A stretch of DNA of 64,000 nucleotides, taken from assembly GCA_038062675.1 (NCBI GenBank), contig JBBTWP010000005.1:43844-107843 (forward strand). The letters are read 5' to 3'. The translations under genes and the position numbers were made by a program. Position 1 is the stretch's first letter, and each line of letters starts with the position of its first letter. Shown here in pieces: positions 63,031-64,000 of this stretch. Origin of the DNA: Patescibacteria group bacterium (GTDB lineage: Bacteria; Patescibacteriota; Minisyncoccia; Phycocordibacterales; UBA1550). The notes beneath the pieces were generated by a model. The model worked only from the letters and a program-made list of their open reading frames with translations. It was not told the DNA's origin and did not search any database.

Positions 63031-64000
63031 TTACATCGTATTCAACTTCCCTCTCGTCTTGGGCCCGAGGTTCCCATACCCCGGAAGGTTAGGTCCCGAG
63101 ATTTGGTACTTCTCCTGGAAGAGCTTGAGGGCTTTGAGGGTAAGTGGTCCAAAGTACTGAGTAGGAGTTGCGGTAAAGAATCCTTCTTGTGCGAGTACTT
63201 GCTGGAGTGCCATGACGTCAGCGCCACGGGATCCCACAAAGAGCATGCGCTTGAAGGTGGTGCCGGTAGGTGCTGGGGTCGACGCACCCGGAGTGACGGT
63301 TGTGGTGGTAATTGACCTCTGTGCCAGAATGCTGTTTGCTTTGGCGCGGGTGGTGGTTGCAAAAGTGCCATCGGAGACTGCTTGTCCTCCTCCACCAATC
63401 TCACTTCGGTATTTTGCTTGGAATTTGACGAGGGCTGTTTTGGTTGCAGGACCAAAGTAGCCGGTGGGTGTTGCAGTCAGAAGCTTCTCTGATACCAAGA
63501 GATTTTGGAGGGTGGTGACGAGTGGTCCTTTGTCCCCTACTTTAAGCTCGGTGGTGAAGACTGGAGTGAAAGTGACAGTCGGTGCAGGGCAAAGTTGTCC
63601 CGTGGTGGTACTGAAGCGGTTGGTGCCGGCACAGCCAGGAATGGATGCTCCGCCACCTTGTGTGGGAGTGGGAACAATGACAGGTTGCCCTGTGGCGGCT
63701 ACGGAAGACGTGACCGTCACGACGTTACTTTGTATAGAAGGAGGGGTCACAACGACAGGAGCAGGTGCAATGCTACCTCCTCCGCCCCCTGACGAACCGC
63801 CACCAGAACTTCCACCTCCGGCACCACTTAGAGCGGGTGCGGGTGCAGCCACAGAGACATTGGTTGACTGGGTTGCTGTGCCACAGGTTAAGGTAAAGCT
63901 TGCAGCAGAGCCAATGGAGCTAATGGTTTCCGTACCACTCAAACCTTTTGTACCACTCCAGCCACCGGATGCAGAACAAGTGCTTGCATTGGCGGATGAC
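63031..64000 (-). CDS. peptidoglycan-binding-domain (PG_binding_1 x2) protein, 5' end outside window
   Basis: Two PGBD repeats: LKVGDKGPLVTTLQNLLVSEKLL...GYFGPATKTALVKFQAKY and LFVGSRGADVMALQQVLAQEGFF...QYFGPLTLKALKLFQEKYQI. A Gly/Ser-rich linker and Thr-rich N-terminal region. The frame stays open to the window edge, and the track start at 63942 is TTG. Confidence 0.75.
   Translation of the reverse strand, partial: SSANASTCSASGGWSGTKGLSGTETISSIGSAASFTLTCGTATQSTNVSVAAPAPALSGAGGGSSGGGSSGGGGGSIAPAPVVVTPPSIQSNVVTVTSSVAATGQPVIVPTPTQGGGASIPGCAGTNRFSTTTGQLCPAPTVTFTPVFTTELKVGDKGPLVTTLQNLLVSEKLLTATPTGYFGPATKTALVKFQAKYRSEIGGGGQAVSDGTFATTTRAKANSILAQRSITTTTVTPGASTPAPTGTTFKRMLFVGSRGADVMALQQVLAQEGFFTATPTQYFGPLTLKALKLFQEKYQISGPNLPGYGNLGPKTRGKLNTM

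Overview
This window reads as a chromosomal stretch from a small-genome bacterium, possibly a Patescibacteria/CPR-like lineage. That placement is inference from gene content: many glycosyltransferases, a type IV pilin, a giant fibre protein and lamin-tail-domain proteins. The genetic code appears standard, since TGA is used as a stop in ATGA overlaps.

**Housekeeping genes found**
- secA, murB, murC, murD, rsmI, prfA, rpmE
- a sigma-70 family sigma factor
- tRNA-Ile(GAT) and tRNA-Ser(GGA)

**Surface-glycan island (about 7.9-27.3 kb and 34.6-41.2 kb)**
- an O-antigen-ligase/TPR fusion protein and a Wzx-type flippase
- 12 or more GT2/GT4 glycosyltransferases
- two wecB paralogs and an asnB-type amidotransferase
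- several SAM methyltransferases, a GDPD phosphodiesterase, a LicC-like nucleotidyltransferase and HAD hydrolases
- strong GC mosaicism: roughly 33-37% GC blocks sit inside roughly 50% GC background

**Most interesting loci**
1. The 3' end of a secreted M23-peptidase gene plus a membrane-anchored downstream gene has been tandemly duplicated. The two paralogs have nucleotide-identical 5' halves, including their upstream region, and strongly diverged middles. This could be an immunity-like or variable cassette.
2. A bacterial Elp3 homolog (radical SAM plus GNAT) is divergently paired with a SAM methyltransferase. This could be a cm5U/mcm5U-type tRNA wobble modification module.
3. A dinJ-yafQ toxin-antitoxin module carries a perfect palindromic operator. 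It sits next to a higher-GC N-terminal remnant of a glycosyltransferase, at the border of a low-GC replacement block.
4. A 556-bp noncoding gap is packed with long nested hairpins and may be a structured ncRNA or a MITE-like element.
5. A cell-surface toolkit sits together: a secreted thermonuclease, a type IV pilin and a 1,300-aa serine/threonine/glycine-rich fibre protein with an internal S74 intramolecular-chaperone domain. Nearby are a lamin-tail/PKD surface protein and a TraD/VirD4-like ATPase.
6. A degenerate copy of the tRNA-Ile 3' end plus its downstream motif lies about 830 bp away. It brackets a promoter-bearing small membrane-protein gene, which looks like an integration footprint.

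No CRISPR array, rRNA or obvious IS element was seen.
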